Assembly (NCBI GenBank): GCA_963793305.1
Contig: CAWBZV010000012.1
Coordinates: forward strand, 128,001 to 192,000
Direction: 5' to 3'
Length of the DNA stretch: 64,000 nt
Source: an uncultured Gemmatimonadales bacterium
GTDB lineage: Bacteria; Gemmatimonadota; Gemmatimonadetes; Gemmatimonadales; Gemmatimonadaceae
Shown here in pieces: positions 1-9,701 of this stretch. A model generated the notes under the pieces. It was not told where the DNA came from and searched no databases. It was given only the letters and a program-made list of their open reading frames with translations. Numbering within the stretch: the stretch's first letter is position 1; each line of letters opens with the position of its first letter. Both the position numbers and the translations under genes were made by a program.

Positions 1-611
1 TCGGCGTGAACGGCGTGGCCGAGCCGAACCGGGAGCAGGCCACGGCGGCGACGCCGAGCAGAATGAGCAGCGGCACCCACATGCCGATCGCGCCGGCGTT
101 CTGCAGCCACTTGCCAATGTTGAGTCCGACGAGGTTGAGCGCGACGCAGAGCGTGAGCCCAACTAGCGACACCGCGATCGTGTATCGGGGATCACTCGCC
201 AGAATGCTGCGCGCTCGGACCAATCAGGAACGGGATGAGGCCGGCGACGAAGTACAGGAGCAGCGGGTAGTACGGGATGTTGCAGCACCAGTAGCACCAT
301 CCGGTCAAAAACCCGGTGAACCGACCGAACGACCGGCACGTCCAGACGTAGATGCCGCCCTGGTCCGGATACCGGGACGACAGCTCGAGGACCGCGAAGC
401 AGAGCGGAACGTAGAAGAAGAGACACGCGCCGATCCAGATAACGACGGCGCTCGGACCCGCGACCGCGGCCTTTTGGACCCACTGGACGTTGAGGCTGAC
501 GACGACGTAGAACAACATGAGGTCGCGCCAACCCATGGTGCGACGCAGCTTAGGGGCGGTCGGCTCAGTCGGCGGTGTCAGCGAGCAACTCGAAGGCCGC
601 GTTGCGGCCAT
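1..611 (-). CDS. APC family amino acid/polyamine permease (runs off window start; 1-bp insertion near 203; start codon uncertain)
   Basis: LRRTMGWRDL...ELSSRYPDQGGIYVW...FGRFTGF is the typical APC N-terminus. Removing one T from CAGCATTCTG continues the frame as QHLASDPRYTIAVSLVGL...LNLVGLNIGKWLQNAG. Confidence 0.85.
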
Positions 612-2154
612 TGATACCCATCACGCTCCCACCCGGGTACGTGCCGGCGCCGCACAAGAACACGCCGGGCATTGGGGTGCGCGCGGAGAGGCGGCGGTCC
701 CACATGTACTCCGGGAGAATCTCGCCCTGGAAAATGTGGCCACCCGTGAGCCCAACACGCTTCTCAATGTCCGGCGGCCCCAGAATTTCCATGTCTATTA
801 TGGCCCGCGGGAGATTCGAGGTGTATCGCGCGATCGACTCCACCACCCGGTCGCCGACCTGGCAGCGCCTCGAATCCCATGTCCCGTCGGCGAACTCGTG
901 CGGCACAAACTGCGAGAAGACACTCAGCGTCTCGACCCCTTCCGGCGCAACGCTGTGATCATACACGGTGTGCAGATAGAGCTCGGTCCACAGACGCTCG
1001 GGCAGAACACCAGCGTTGGCCTGACGGTGGCCATCGATCCATTCTTGCTTGGTGAGCGGCGTGTTGATCTGCCCGGTGTGGTGCGGTTCGCGCGTGCCCG
1101 GACGCGCACGGAAGTTGGGTAACTCGGTCAGCGTCATGTTGACCTTGACCGTTACCCCTTTGACTGGCACGCGTTCAACATCCTGGCGCCATTCGGGATC
1201 AGCGGCCGAGCCGAGCAAACGCAACGTGGTGCGCGGGTCGGCGTTCGATACGACGAACGGCGCGTAGATACGATCACCCGAATCGAGCTCCACACCTTCG
1301 CCCGGAATGATGCGCGCCACCGGTGTGCCCGTGGTAACGGTCGCTCCGAGTTTTTGCGCGACATCGCAGAGCAGAAATGAGACCGTGCCCATACCACCAG
1401 TCACGTACCCCCACGTGCCAGGATCGCCGAACATACTTCCCGACGCGTGGTGATACAGAACCGAAGCAGTCCCGGGAGCAGTTGGGCTGGCGTTCGTGCC
1501 GATCACGCCCTGGCCGAGGTAGGCCATCTGCAGACGTTCGTCGGTCAGGTACCGCTCGACGTACTCGCACATCGACCAGTCGAACAGCAGCCCACGAGCC
1601 TCGTTGTCGTCGCCGAGACGATCCTCTATTGCCTCGCGCGAGGGAGCAGGCCCAATCCAGAGATCTCCGGGCCCGGCAGGACGCAGGGCATCGCGTAAGC
1701 GGGATTTGACGTCGATCATCGCCCGCCAGCCATCGACATCTCGCGGCGCGAACCGGCGCACTTCGGCTTCGCACTGATCATCGTCGTTCCAGAGCTGCAC
1801 GCTCGAGCCGTCCTCGAACGGCACGAACATCCCACCGACCGCCGGCTGCCAGGTAAAGCCATGCTCGACGAGTTGGAGCTCGTCGATCACCAGTTGGTGC
1901 AGCAGCCCGCAGACGTACGCGCACGGCGAGAACCGCACGCCGGGGAACGGCTCGTCCATCGTCGCCGCCCCACCGACGCGCTCGCGAGCCTCCAGCACCA
2001 AAACACGACGGCCGGCGCGCGCCAGATACGCCGCGCACGCCAGCCCGTTGTGTCCTGCTCCCACGATAATGACATCCCACTGTTTTCTTGCCAGGGCCGC
2101 AACGGGCTCAGGAAGCCCGATGCGACCCAGTACTTCGGCCGTCGCCGATGGCAC
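565..2154 (-). CDS. NAD(P)/FAD-dependent oxidoreductase, phytoene dehydrogenase/PYROXD2-like family
   Basis: DVIIVGAGHNGL Rossmann motif, LEARERVGGA, C-terminal CGAGTYPGGSVMGINGRNAA. GTG start overlaps the SusD stop (TAGTG). Confidence 0.85.
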   Translation of the reverse strand: MPSATAEVLGRIGLPEPVAALARKQWDVIIVGAGHNGLACAAYLARAGRRVLVLEARERVGGAATMDEPFPGVRFSPCAYVCGLLHQLVIDELQLVEHGFTWQPAVGGMFVPFEDGSSVQLWNDDDQCEAEVRRFAPRDVDGWRAMIDVKSRLRDALRPAGPGDLWIGPAPSREAIEDRLGDDNEARGLLFDWSMCEYVERYLTDERLQMAYLGQGVIGTNASPTAPGTASVLYHHASGSMFGDPGTWGYVTGGMGTVSFLLCDVAQKLGATVTTGTPVARIIPGEGVELDSGDRIYAPFVVSNADPRTTLRLLGSAADPEWRQDVERVPVKGVTVKVNMTLTELPNFRARPGTREPHHTGQINTPLTKQEWIDGHRQANAGVLPERLWTELYLHTVYDHSVAPEGVETLSVFSQFVPHEFADGTWDSRRCQVGDRVVESIARYTSNLPRAIIDMEILGPPDIEKRVGLTGGHIFQGEILPEYMWDRRLSARTPMPGVFLCGAGTYPGGSVMGINGRNAAFELLADTAD

Positions 2155-3605
2155 TACTGCGCCACGAGCGGCGGCGTGCAAGTGCTGCCCAATCCACGCG
2201 CCTGGCATTCGCTTTCCGGGACGGGCATGACCGACGGGACATGACCGCCCGTCAGCGGCGGTGGGTTCGCCGGAATGGTGCTCAGGAGGAGGCCATAGCG
2301 CCGCGCGTCGATCCAACGCGTCCCCTGCTCCCACATGAGCGAATACCGGCGCTCGTACAGCAGGTCCGTCAGCAACGAATCCGCCGACAACCCGGGGGCC
2401 AGCGGCGCGAGGTTGCCGGAACCCTGCCGTGTCGCATTGAGGTCACTGGTCGCCGCGCCGAGTTGACCTAATCCCAATTCCGCCTCGGCTCTCAACAAGA
2501 CCAGTTCTTCGTCGCGAATGATCGGAATCTCGTGCGCCGGATCCGCCTGGCCGTTGGTGAAGTAGATGCTGTACTTGAGCGTCCCGTGGATCGGGAATCC
2601 CGACAGGATCTGCGTGATCGACGCGTCGACGATCTTCGCTCCCACGCGCGCGTCGGGCGTTGCGCTCCCCACCTGCGACTCGGCATCCGTCTGCTGCTCT
2701 GGCAGCGCGAAGTAGAGCGTGCCGTTGAGGGGGTCGGAGAGGCCGTTCTGGACGTTACCCGGGTTGGATGAGAAGTCGAAGTAGACCCCGTTCTGGAAGC
2801 TCGCCGCGCTGGTGTCCGCGAAGTGGGTGACGGTGAAGAGCGAGTCCAGCAGCGCCATCGCATTGGCGTAGCAGGTGGCCTTCGCGCCCTTGCACCCGTT
2901 CACGTCGGTCGCCCGGAACACCCAGGCTTTGGCCGCGAGGGCCTGGGTGAACTGCGCGAACGTCTGCGGCGTGCTGGCGGCCGCATAGCCCTGAGGCACG
3001 GAGAATGGGAATGCGGCGCCCAATGCCAGCTTGGTGCGGGCGTCAGCCAAGAGACCGATGATCGCCCGGTAGACGCTGTCCTCGCCGACGAACGGTGCCG
3101 GCGGTCCCGAGGGGTCGAGGTCGACATTGACGGCGGCGCCGAGTTGCGCCCGCGTTTGCACAAGGTAGAACAACGCCAGTGCCTTTTGCGTCTCGCCGAA
3201 CGCGATGGACGAGGCTTTCTCTCCAGCGCTCATGTCCGGCGAGTTCGGGATCGCATCGATATACAGGTTGTCCTGACGGATCTCGATGTATGGATTGCCC
3301 CATTGCGACCCGCCGAACTGCGTGTTCGAGAGCGGGCCGTAGTACGGCTCCTGATAGTCGGGCTGGTTGTTGCCGGAGAGGTTGACGCCCTCGCGTCCCA
3401 TCGAACCCAGGCGCCAGACGTACGATTCCATGTCGACGCGGGCCTGGGCGAATATCCCGGTCGCGGCGACGGCCATGTTCGCTCTCGTCGGGTTCCCGTA
3501 GATGGACGACGTGGTCGGCGCGTTCGGATCGGTGACGTGGAAGTCGTAGCAGGCGATGCTCGCCAGTGCCGTCGCCGACAGCGTGAGCAGTGTGATGGTC
3601 TTCAT
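2154..3605 (-). CDS. RagB/SusD family nutrient-binding outer-membrane lipoprotein
   Basis: Lipobox LASIAC, PIIRDEELVLLRAEA, ERRYSLMWEQGTRWIDARRY. Lies directly downstream of SusC. Confidence 0.88.
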   Translation of the reverse strand: MKTITLLTLSATALASIACYDFHVTDPNAPTTSSIYGNPTRANMAVAATGIFAQARVDMESYVWRLGSMGREGVNLSGNNQPDYQEPYYGPLSNTQFGGSQWGNPYIEIRQDNLYIDAIPNSPDMSAGEKASSIAFGETQKALALFYLVQTRAQLGAAVNVDLDPSGPPAPFVGEDSVYRAIIGLLADARTKLALGAAFPFSVPQGYAAASTPQTFAQFTQALAAKAWVFRATDVNGCKGAKATCYANAMALLDSLFTVTHFADTSAASFQNGVYFDFSSNPGNVQNGLSDPLNGTLYFALPEQQTDAESQVGSATPDARVGAKIVDASITQILSGFPIHGTLKYSIYFTNGQADPAHEIPIIRDEELVLLRAEAELGLGQLGAATSDLNATRQGSGNLAPLAPGLSADSLLTDLLYERRYSLMWEQGTRWIDARRYGLLLSTIPANPPPLTGGHVPSVMPVPESECQARGLGSTCTPPLVAQ

Positions 3606-3607
3606 CG

Positions 3608-6571
3608 TCAGAACCCCGCCGAAATGGTGAAGAAGAACTGACGGGACGGCGGGTACGGGGCGAGATCGACGCCCCGGAACGGCGACTGGCCGAAGTTGCT
3701 GACCTCCGGATCGTATCCATAGTACTTCGTGATCAGGATCAAATTGCGTCCTGACGCGCTCAGCTGCACGCCGTGCGAGCCGAACAGGTAGCGGCTGTAG
3801 TGGAGCGGCACATCGTACTGGAGCTTGACCTCGCGCAGCTTGAGGAACGTCGTGCTCTGCACGTACGGCGTGGCGATACCGTCGGAGCACGCGGTGAGCA
3901 GCGCCTGGCCGTAGCTCCCGTGGTCCACCAGGCCATTGCAGCCGTAGAGCGACAGCGTCTGATTCTCGATGATGCCGCCCTTCTGCCAGTCCCAGAGTCC
4001 GGTCAGGGTGAAGCGTCCGAGTGTGAACGTGCTGCCGAACGACCAGTCGTAATCGGGGTTCACCTGACCCAACGATGAGACGATGAAGTTGCCGTTGTTG
4101 TCGATGCCGGTCTGACCGATGATCTGCGTGATCGGCCGGCCCTGCTGGACCTCGAGCTGGCCATAGGCGAGTCCGAATCCGGATCCGACGGGCGTGAAGC
4201 TCGTCACGCCAGCCGGCAGCGCGAGGACGGTATTGTGCAGCGTGCGGAACGCCGTGTTGAATGTCCACGTGAAGTCCCGCAGCTGAATCGGGATCAACGT
4301 GGCCCCGATCTCGACGCCCTCGTTCTGGAACGTGCCACCATTGGCGAGGATCTCATTGTACCCGGTCGACGGCGCCGGCGTCCGTGGCAGGAACAGGTCA
4401 TACGTCCGGCGGTGGAAGTACGTGACTTCGAGATCGACCCGCGACGACCAGCCGGTCAGATCGAAGCCTCCCTCGAACTCGCGCGTCCGCTCGGGGCGAA
4501 GGCCAGGCGCGGCAAAGACCGACTGCCCGTTGAGGGCGACTCCGGGGAGACCACCGTACGCGACATTATCGACCAGCGTCGTATACTTCTCGCCGAAGAT
4601 CGGCTGGTTGCCGGTCTCGCCGTAGTCACCGCGCAGCTTGAGCTCCGTGCCGCGGATCAGCAAATCCCGGAACCGGTAGGCGGCCGCGATCTTCGGGTAG
4701 ATGAAATACTTGTTGATCAACGCGTTGGCCGACGTGCGCTCGGCGCGCAGGCCGCCTTCGATGTTCAGCCGTTCGTCGAACAGGTTGAGGTCCTCCTGTC
4801 CGTAAAACGACAGGGTGCGCTCGACGGTGTTGAACTCGAACGGGACGACGACCGATCCCGCGTCGATGTTCGTCTGCGTGCCGACCAGGTTCGAGGTGAA
4901 CGTCTGCGCGCGGTCGAGTTGCCGATCCTCGTACGTCATGCCGACCGCCGTCGTCGCCTTGAGGAGGCTCGAGGTCGTGTTGTAGGTGTGGATGGCGTTC
5001 AGGTTCCAGTTGTACTGCCGGCTCTCGGCCTGTCCCTGCACGGCCACGCCCGGTGTCGCCTGATTCGCCTCGAGATACACGTTGGCTGGCAGGGTGACGC
5101 TGGTCCCTTGGTCGAAGAAGTCCATGCCGCCCTGAGCGACCAGCTGGATCGAGTTGTTGTCGTTCTTGAACGCGTTGTAGCTGGTCTTGGCCGAGCCGAC
5201 GAACCGGTTCGTGAGGGCCGTGTTGGTCCCGAGCGACATGGTCTGCAGGGGATTCGAGCCCTTATAGGTGATGAGGGGTTGCGGCCACGCATTGTTCGAG
5301 AACCCGAGGGGCTCGAAGCTCGGGATGTAGGAGATGGCGTATGGGACGCTGGCGCCGTTGTTGTCGTTGTTGTTGAACCCGCGATCTTCGCGCGTGTGCG
5401 TGAAGGCCGTCGAGAGCGAGCCTTCGAACCCCTTCGCGAGATGCTGATTGATGTTGAGGCGGAGGGACTGGCGGTCGGCGGCCGTGCCCTGCTCGATGCC
5501 GCCCTCCTGCGCGAGCGAGCCGGACGCGAAGTACTGCGTGTTGTCATTGCCACCGCTCAGATCGAGCAGCGTCGTGCTCTGCAACGGCGTCCGGCCGGCG
5601 ACCTCGTTCAAGTGGTCGTAGACCGGCAACACCCCGTTTCTCGCGTAGCCATTGATGGTCGCGCTGTCCGAGCCGCTGGAAGCGAAATTGCCCAGGGCCT
5701 GGCTCAGCGTCCATGGCTCATTCGCCGGCCCACGGAGGAGATGCGCGAACCCGGTCTGCTGCGAGACGTTGATCCGGAGCTTCCCGGCCTTCCCGCGCTT
5801 CGTCGTGATGATCACGACGCCATTCGACGCCTTCGATCCGTAGATCGACGACGCGGCGGCGCTCTTGAGCACCTCGATCGACTCGATGTCCGCCGGATTG
5901 ATGTCGGCAATCCGGTTCGCCGCGTCGTCTTGACGCGGGCCTGTCGAGTTGAGGCCACCGCTTCCCGTCGCCTGGAACAAACCGGTCGGAATCGTCTCGT
6001 TGCTATAAATGACACCGTCAACGACGAACAGCGCATCCGTGTTGCCGGTCGCGGTATTGACGCCGCGGATTTGCACCTGCAGGCCGCCGCCGGGCGCTCC
6101 CGAGTTCGACTGAATCGAGGCACCAGGGACCTTCCCCTGCAACGCCGCATCGACGGTCTGCGCCGGGGCGCGCGTGAGATCGGCCGCGGACACCAGATCC
6201 GTCGCCGTCGTCACGTTGGCTTTTGTCGTAGTCGTCGCAGCACCGGTGACGACGACCTCACTGAGCTTGGTCGCCTCCTCGACCATCGAGACCGCGACGG
6301 TGCTGTCACCGGCCGCGACATTGACATTCTTCGGCTGGAAGCCGATCGCGCGGACTATCAGTGTTAGTGGACCGGCGGGCGCCGTGAGGCGGAATCTGCC
6401 GCCGGCATCGGCCTGCGCCCGCGCCGTACCGCCCTGCACGCCGACCTGCGCGAACGAGATCGGTTGTCGGTCAGCCTCTCGAACGACCGTACCGTTGATG
6501 TGCCGCTCCTGCGCTTGGACCTGCGCCGAGAGAGCGGCGAATACCGCTATCCAGACAATACGAAATTTCAT
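3608..6571 (-). CDS. SusC/RagA family TonB-dependent outer-membrane transporter
   Basis: EVVVTG, LQGKVPG, QIRG, DINPADIESIEVLKSAAASSIYGSKASNGVVIITTKRG, YYGYDPEV, terminal Phe. GGAG SD precedes ATG at 6571. Confidence 0.93.
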   Translation of the reverse strand: MKFRIVWIAVFAALSAQVQAQERHINGTVVREADRQPISFAQVGVQGGTARAQADAGGRFRLTAPAGPLTLIVRAIGFQPKNVNVAAGDSTVAVSMVEEATKLSEVVVTGAATTTTKANVTTATDLVSAADLTRAPAQTVDAALQGKVPGASIQSNSGAPGGGLQVQIRGVNTATGNTDALFVVDGVIYSNETIPTGLFQATGSGGLNSTGPRQDDAANRIADINPADIESIEVLKSAAASSIYGSKASNGVVIITTKRGKAGKLRINVSQQTGFAHLLRGPANEPWTLSQALGNFASSGSDSATINGYARNGVLPVYDHLNEVAGRTPLQSTTLLDLSGGNDNTQYFASGSLAQEGGIEQGTAADRQSLRLNINQHLAKGFEGSLSTAFTHTREDRGFNNNDNNGASVPYAISYIPSFEPLGFSNNAWPQPLITYKGSNPLQTMSLGTNTALTNRFVGSAKTSYNAFKNDNNSIQLVAQGGMDFFDQGTSVTLPANVYLEANQATPGVAVQGQAESRQYNWNLNAIHTYNTTSSLLKATTAVGMTYEDRQLDRAQTFTSNLVGTQTNIDAGSVVVPFEFNTVERTLSFYGQEDLNLFDERLNIEGGLRAERTSANALINKYFIYPKIAAAYRFRDLLIRGTELKLRGDYGETGNQPIFGEKYTTLVDNVAYGGLPGVALNGQSVFAAPGLRPERTREFEGGFDLTGWSSRVDLEVTYFHRRTYDLFLPRTPAPSTGYNEILANGGTFQNEGVEIGATLIPIQLRDFTWTFNTAFRTLHNTVLALPAGVTSFTPVGSGFGLAYGQLEVQQGRPITQIIGQTGIDNNGNFIVSSLGQVNPDYDWSFGSTFTLGRFTLTGLWDWQKGGIIENQTLSLYGCNGLVDHGSYGQALLTACSDGIATPYVQSTTFLKLREVKLQYDVPLHYSRYLFGSHGVQLSASGRNLILITKYYGYDPEVSNFGQSPFRGVDLAPYPPSRQFFFTISAGF

Positions 6572-6702
6572 GGCCACTCCAGGGAGAGAGTCGGCTACAT
6601 GCGTGGTGGGACAGTGTATCGTCAATAGCCGGTATTAATGCCCGGCTTTAGCGATCGGTCAAGGAGTGGCAAGGGGACGCTTACGACCATACGTTCCCGG
6701 GA

Positions 6703-8037
6703 GTGGAACGCGTATCGCTGACCCTGATCGCCTGCACCCTATGTCTCGCTTGCAGCAGGGGCGCGGTGCATCCGTCGGCCCCTGCCGATGGAGTCGCTCG
6801 TGTCGTGCCCGCCGGGGGCGCCCCAGGGCTGAGCGTAGCGGATGTGCCTCGCTCGATCTCGGCCCGCGTCGCGACGCACGTTCACGAGTTCGGCGGCGCC
6901 TACATCGATGGGCACGGCGCTCTCACCGTGTATCTGACCAACCTCTCGAGCGAGCCGTCGGCCAGACGGGCGTTGACCAACGAGCTGTTGGCGAGCGGAC
7001 GCGAGGCCCCGGGCATGCGTATACGCGCCGCCAAATACACGTATGCCGATCTGTGGCGATGGAAGAACGCGCTGCGGCCGCTCCTGACCGGCGCCGGTGT
7101 CGCCATGCTCGCCGTCGACGAGAGAACGAACCGCGTGCGCATCGAGACGAGTGACAACACGGTCGCGCTCGCCACGAGATGGGTCCAGCGCCTCGGCGTA
7201 CCCCTCGCCGCCGTCGAAGTCGTGGTGACGGCGCGCATCGTCGAAGCGGGCTCCGTCGACGGAGGTCAGCGGCCCGCCATTGGGGGGCTTCGCATCGCTG
7301 GGTTCTTCGAGCAGACGGGCATCACGTATACGATCATCTGCTCCTATGGACTGAATGTTCGCGACTTCGCTGATACGGTGCACCACTATATGGTGGTCGC
7401 GTCGCACTGCGTGCAACACTCGCCGCCCGTCGGTGGATATATCGGGGCGAACGTGTACCAGCCGGATACGGTCGCGCTTCACGCCAATCTCATCGGCGCG
7501 GTCTTCGCGAATCCCTTATTCCTGAGCGGTAGCGCGTGCCCCGCGGGCGCGTTCTGCCGGGCGAGCGACGCGGCGCTGGTGCGAATCGCTCCAGGAGTGA
7601 CAACCACGCTCGGCGCCGTCGCCCGACCCTTAGGCCGCGTGTTCCTCCCGCAGATCTATGGTCCGACGACCATCGATCCGAGTCAGCCGACCTTTCAGCT
7701 CTCCGGCTATAGCGAGGCGCTCGTGGGCGACACCGTCGACAAGGTCGGCAGCGCCACTGGCTGGACCGGGGGCGTCGTGACCGCCGTCTGCGCGGACGTC
7801 AACATCGGTGGCTACATCAGAATGTGTAGCGGTGTCGTCAGCGGCGGCGCGGGGCTCGGCGACAGCGGCGCGCCGGTCATGTACAAGAACGCGCGCCAGC
7901 GGTACTACGTCGAGGGTTTGGTGTTCGGGCTCACCGACAATGGGCCGGACGGCGTGTCCGGACATCAGTACTACTTCAGTCCGTGGCAGTCGGTCAGCGA
8001 CGATCTCGCCGGGTTCGCCGGACTCGGAGTACGATAA
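6703..8037 (+). CDS. Secreted S1 (alpha-lytic/trypsin-like) serine protease with pro-region, probable lipoprotein
   Basis: Catalytic triad motifs VASHC, SDAALV, GDSGAP. N-terminal signal ending CLAC. Confidence 0.8.
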   Translation: MERVSLTLIACTLCLACSRGAVHPSAPADGVARVVPAGGAPGLSVADVPRSISARVATHVHEFGGAYIDGHGALTVYLTNLSSEPSARRALTNELLASGREAPGMRIRAAKYTYADLWRWKNALRPLLTGAGVAMLAVDERTNRVRIETSDNTVALATRWVQRLGVPLAAVEVVVTARIVEAGSVDGGQRPAIGGLRIAGFFEQTGITYTIICSYGLNVRDFADTVHHYMVVASHCVQHSPPVGGYIGANVYQPDTVALHANLIGAVFANPLFLSGSACPAGAFCRASDAALVRIAPGVTTTLGAVARPLGRVFLPQIYGPTTIDPSQPTFQLSGYSEALVGDTVDKVGSATGWTGGVVTAVCADVNIGGYIRMCSGVVSGGAGLGDSGAPVMYKNARQRYYVEGLVFGLTDNGPDGVSGHQYYFSPWQSVSDDLAGFAGLGVR

Positions 8038-8038
8038 C

Positions 8039-9394
8039 TCAGTGGTTCGGCGCCAGGCGTGCGAGCGCCGCGTCCAGGATACCCGGTTTCCGATCGTCCC
8101 ACTCCGCGTATTCCTTGCGCGTGACGGCCGCGCGCACGAGCGTCCCGCCGAGATAGCGTACGGGCTCGGGCGGAAAGGCGCCCATCGATTGGTCGACAAT
8201 GCCCGACTCACTCCACTCGTCGCGGAGTCCGAGCACCAGGCTGGCGAGGATGCGCCCTCCGAGGTAGCTGGGCCCGACACCGTGGCCACTCCAGCCGACG
8301 CCGTGCACGATGTGCGACCGGCCGCCGAGCCGGCCGATCAGCGGGAGCGCCGTCGGCGTGCGCTCGACGGCGCCAGACCAATCATGCGTGATCCGAACCC
8401 CACTGAGCGCGGGATACGTCCGAGCGAAGTCACGCGCCACTTCCATTGCTCGCCACGGGTCGCGATCGAACGCTCGACCGATCGCGGCGCCAAAGGCGAG
8501 CGCGCCACCACCCTTGCCGAACACGATCCGCCCTTCGCGCGTGGTCCGATAGTAGTGCACACGTAATTGCGAGTCGGTGATCGCCGAGCCATCGGTCCAG
8601 CCGATGCCAGCGAGGCGCTCAGGGATCGGCTCGGTGGCGACGATGTCGCTCGACACGACGACCATACGCCGCGCGAGCTCGCGCACGCTGCTCGCCCACG
8701 CGCCGGTCGCCAAGACTACGCGATCCGCTCGCACCTCTAGCCCGCCGTCCGTCCGCATCACCACGGGCGTGTCCCGGGTAAACGTCGCCACGCGCGTGCG
8801 CTCGTATATGCGAACACCGCGTGCCAGCGCCGCCCGCATGAGCCCTCTCGCGAGCGCCGCGGGGTGTACCGTGGCGTTACTCGCCTCGATGATGCCAGAG
8901 CGATGCACGGTCGAGCCCGTGCGAGCCATGTCCGCCTGCGCGAAGGGCGCGACACCGAGGCGGTCACACGTGCGCAGAACCGTGTCCCACGCGCCCTCCT
9001 GCGCGCGGTTCGTCGCCGACCAGACCCAGCCCCCGCGCACGACATGCGCGTCGATCGGCTCCGCCGCGCAAAATGCCGCGATACTTTCGATGGCGCGCTC
9101 GGACGCCGTCGCCAGACGAACGGCCTCGGCGTCGCCGCACAACGCCACGAGCGTATCGATCTTCGGCCACCACGTCAGGACAAACCCGCCGTTCCGCCCC
9201 GAGGCGCCGCCACCGCAGATGCCTTGCTCGACGATAGCGACGTCGCACGCAGGCTGGAGCTGCTTGATATGAATGGCGGTCCACAGCCCCACATACCCGC
9301 CGCCAATGATCGCGACATCGGCGCGCGTCGACTCGCGCAGCGGTTCCGCCGTCGACCCGTCCGGCAGCGCCTGCTCCAGCCACAAGATTGCCAT
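8039..9394 (-). CDS. FAD-dependent oxidoreductase, DadA/PuuB-like (amine or amino-acid oxidase)
   Basis: DVAIIGGGYVGLWTA, GASGRNGG, VHPAALARGL, GWSGHGV. Confidence 0.85.
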   Translation of the reverse strand: MAILWLEQALPDGSTAEPLRESTRADVAIIGGGYVGLWTAIHIKQLQPACDVAIVEQGICGGGASGRNGGFVLTWWPKIDTLVALCGDAEAVRLATASERAIESIAAFCAAEPIDAHVVRGGWVWSATNRAQEGAWDTVLRTCDRLGVAPFAQADMARTGSTVHRSGIIEASNATVHPAALARGLMRAALARGVRIYERTRVATFTRDTPVVMRTDGGLEVRADRVVLATGAWASSVRELARRMVVVSSDIVATEPIPERLAGIGWTDGSAITDSQLRVHYYRTTREGRIVFGKGGGALAFGAAIGRAFDRDPWRAMEVARDFARTYPALSGVRITHDWSGAVERTPTALPLIGRLGGRSHIVHGVGWSGHGVGPSYLGGRILASLVLGLRDEWSESGIVDQSMGAFPPEPVRYLGGTLVRAAVTRKEYAEWDDRKPGILDAALARLAPNH

Positions 9395-9449
9395 CAGGGA
9401 CTACGGCCTACGGCCGCTCGGTTGCGTGGCGAGCTCGCCTGCGGCTCGG

Positions 9450-9480
9450 TTGACATAGGGCTAGGGGGTAGGGGTATATT
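9450..9480 (+). promoter_or_regulatory. sigma70-type promoter of copZ-copA-csoR with G-tract putative CsoR operator
   Basis: TTGACA (9450-9455) and TATATT (9475-9480), 19-nt spacer containing TAGGGCTAGGGGGTAGGGG. ATG follows 5 nt after the -10. Confidence 0.6.
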
Positions 9481-9485
9481 TAAGC

Positions 9486-9701
9486 ATGCGAGAGATCACC
9501 CTACGAATCGGCGGCATGAGCTGCAGTCATTGCCAGCAGGCGGTACGGGGCGCGCTGGCGGGCATCCCGAGTGTCGAGGTCGACACCGTCACCATCGGCT
9601 CGGCCACCGTGCGGCTCGACCCGGCCAAGACGAGCGTTGACCGGCTCGTCGCGGCGATCGATGACGTTGGCTACGAAGTGTTGGAACCCGTACCGTGGTG
9701 A
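9486..9701 (+). CDS. copZ: Copper chaperone (HMA domain)
   Basis: GMSCSHC metal-binding motif, 71 aa, upstream of the P1B ATPase. Confidence 0.85.
   Translation: MREITLRIGGMSCSHCQQAVRGALAGIPSVEVDTVTIGSATVRLDPAKTSVDRLVAAIDDVGYEVLEPVPW

Noticed and set aside
2154..4268. 704-aa SusD with a long N-terminal extension
   Set aside because: The extension is an alternative frame of susC. The lipoprotein signal starts at 3605.
4235..6367. Long antisense ORFs (also 35980-37563 upstream part, 53651-55426, 60888-62255)
   Set aside because: Shadow frames typical of high-GC codon bias, with no recognisable motifs.
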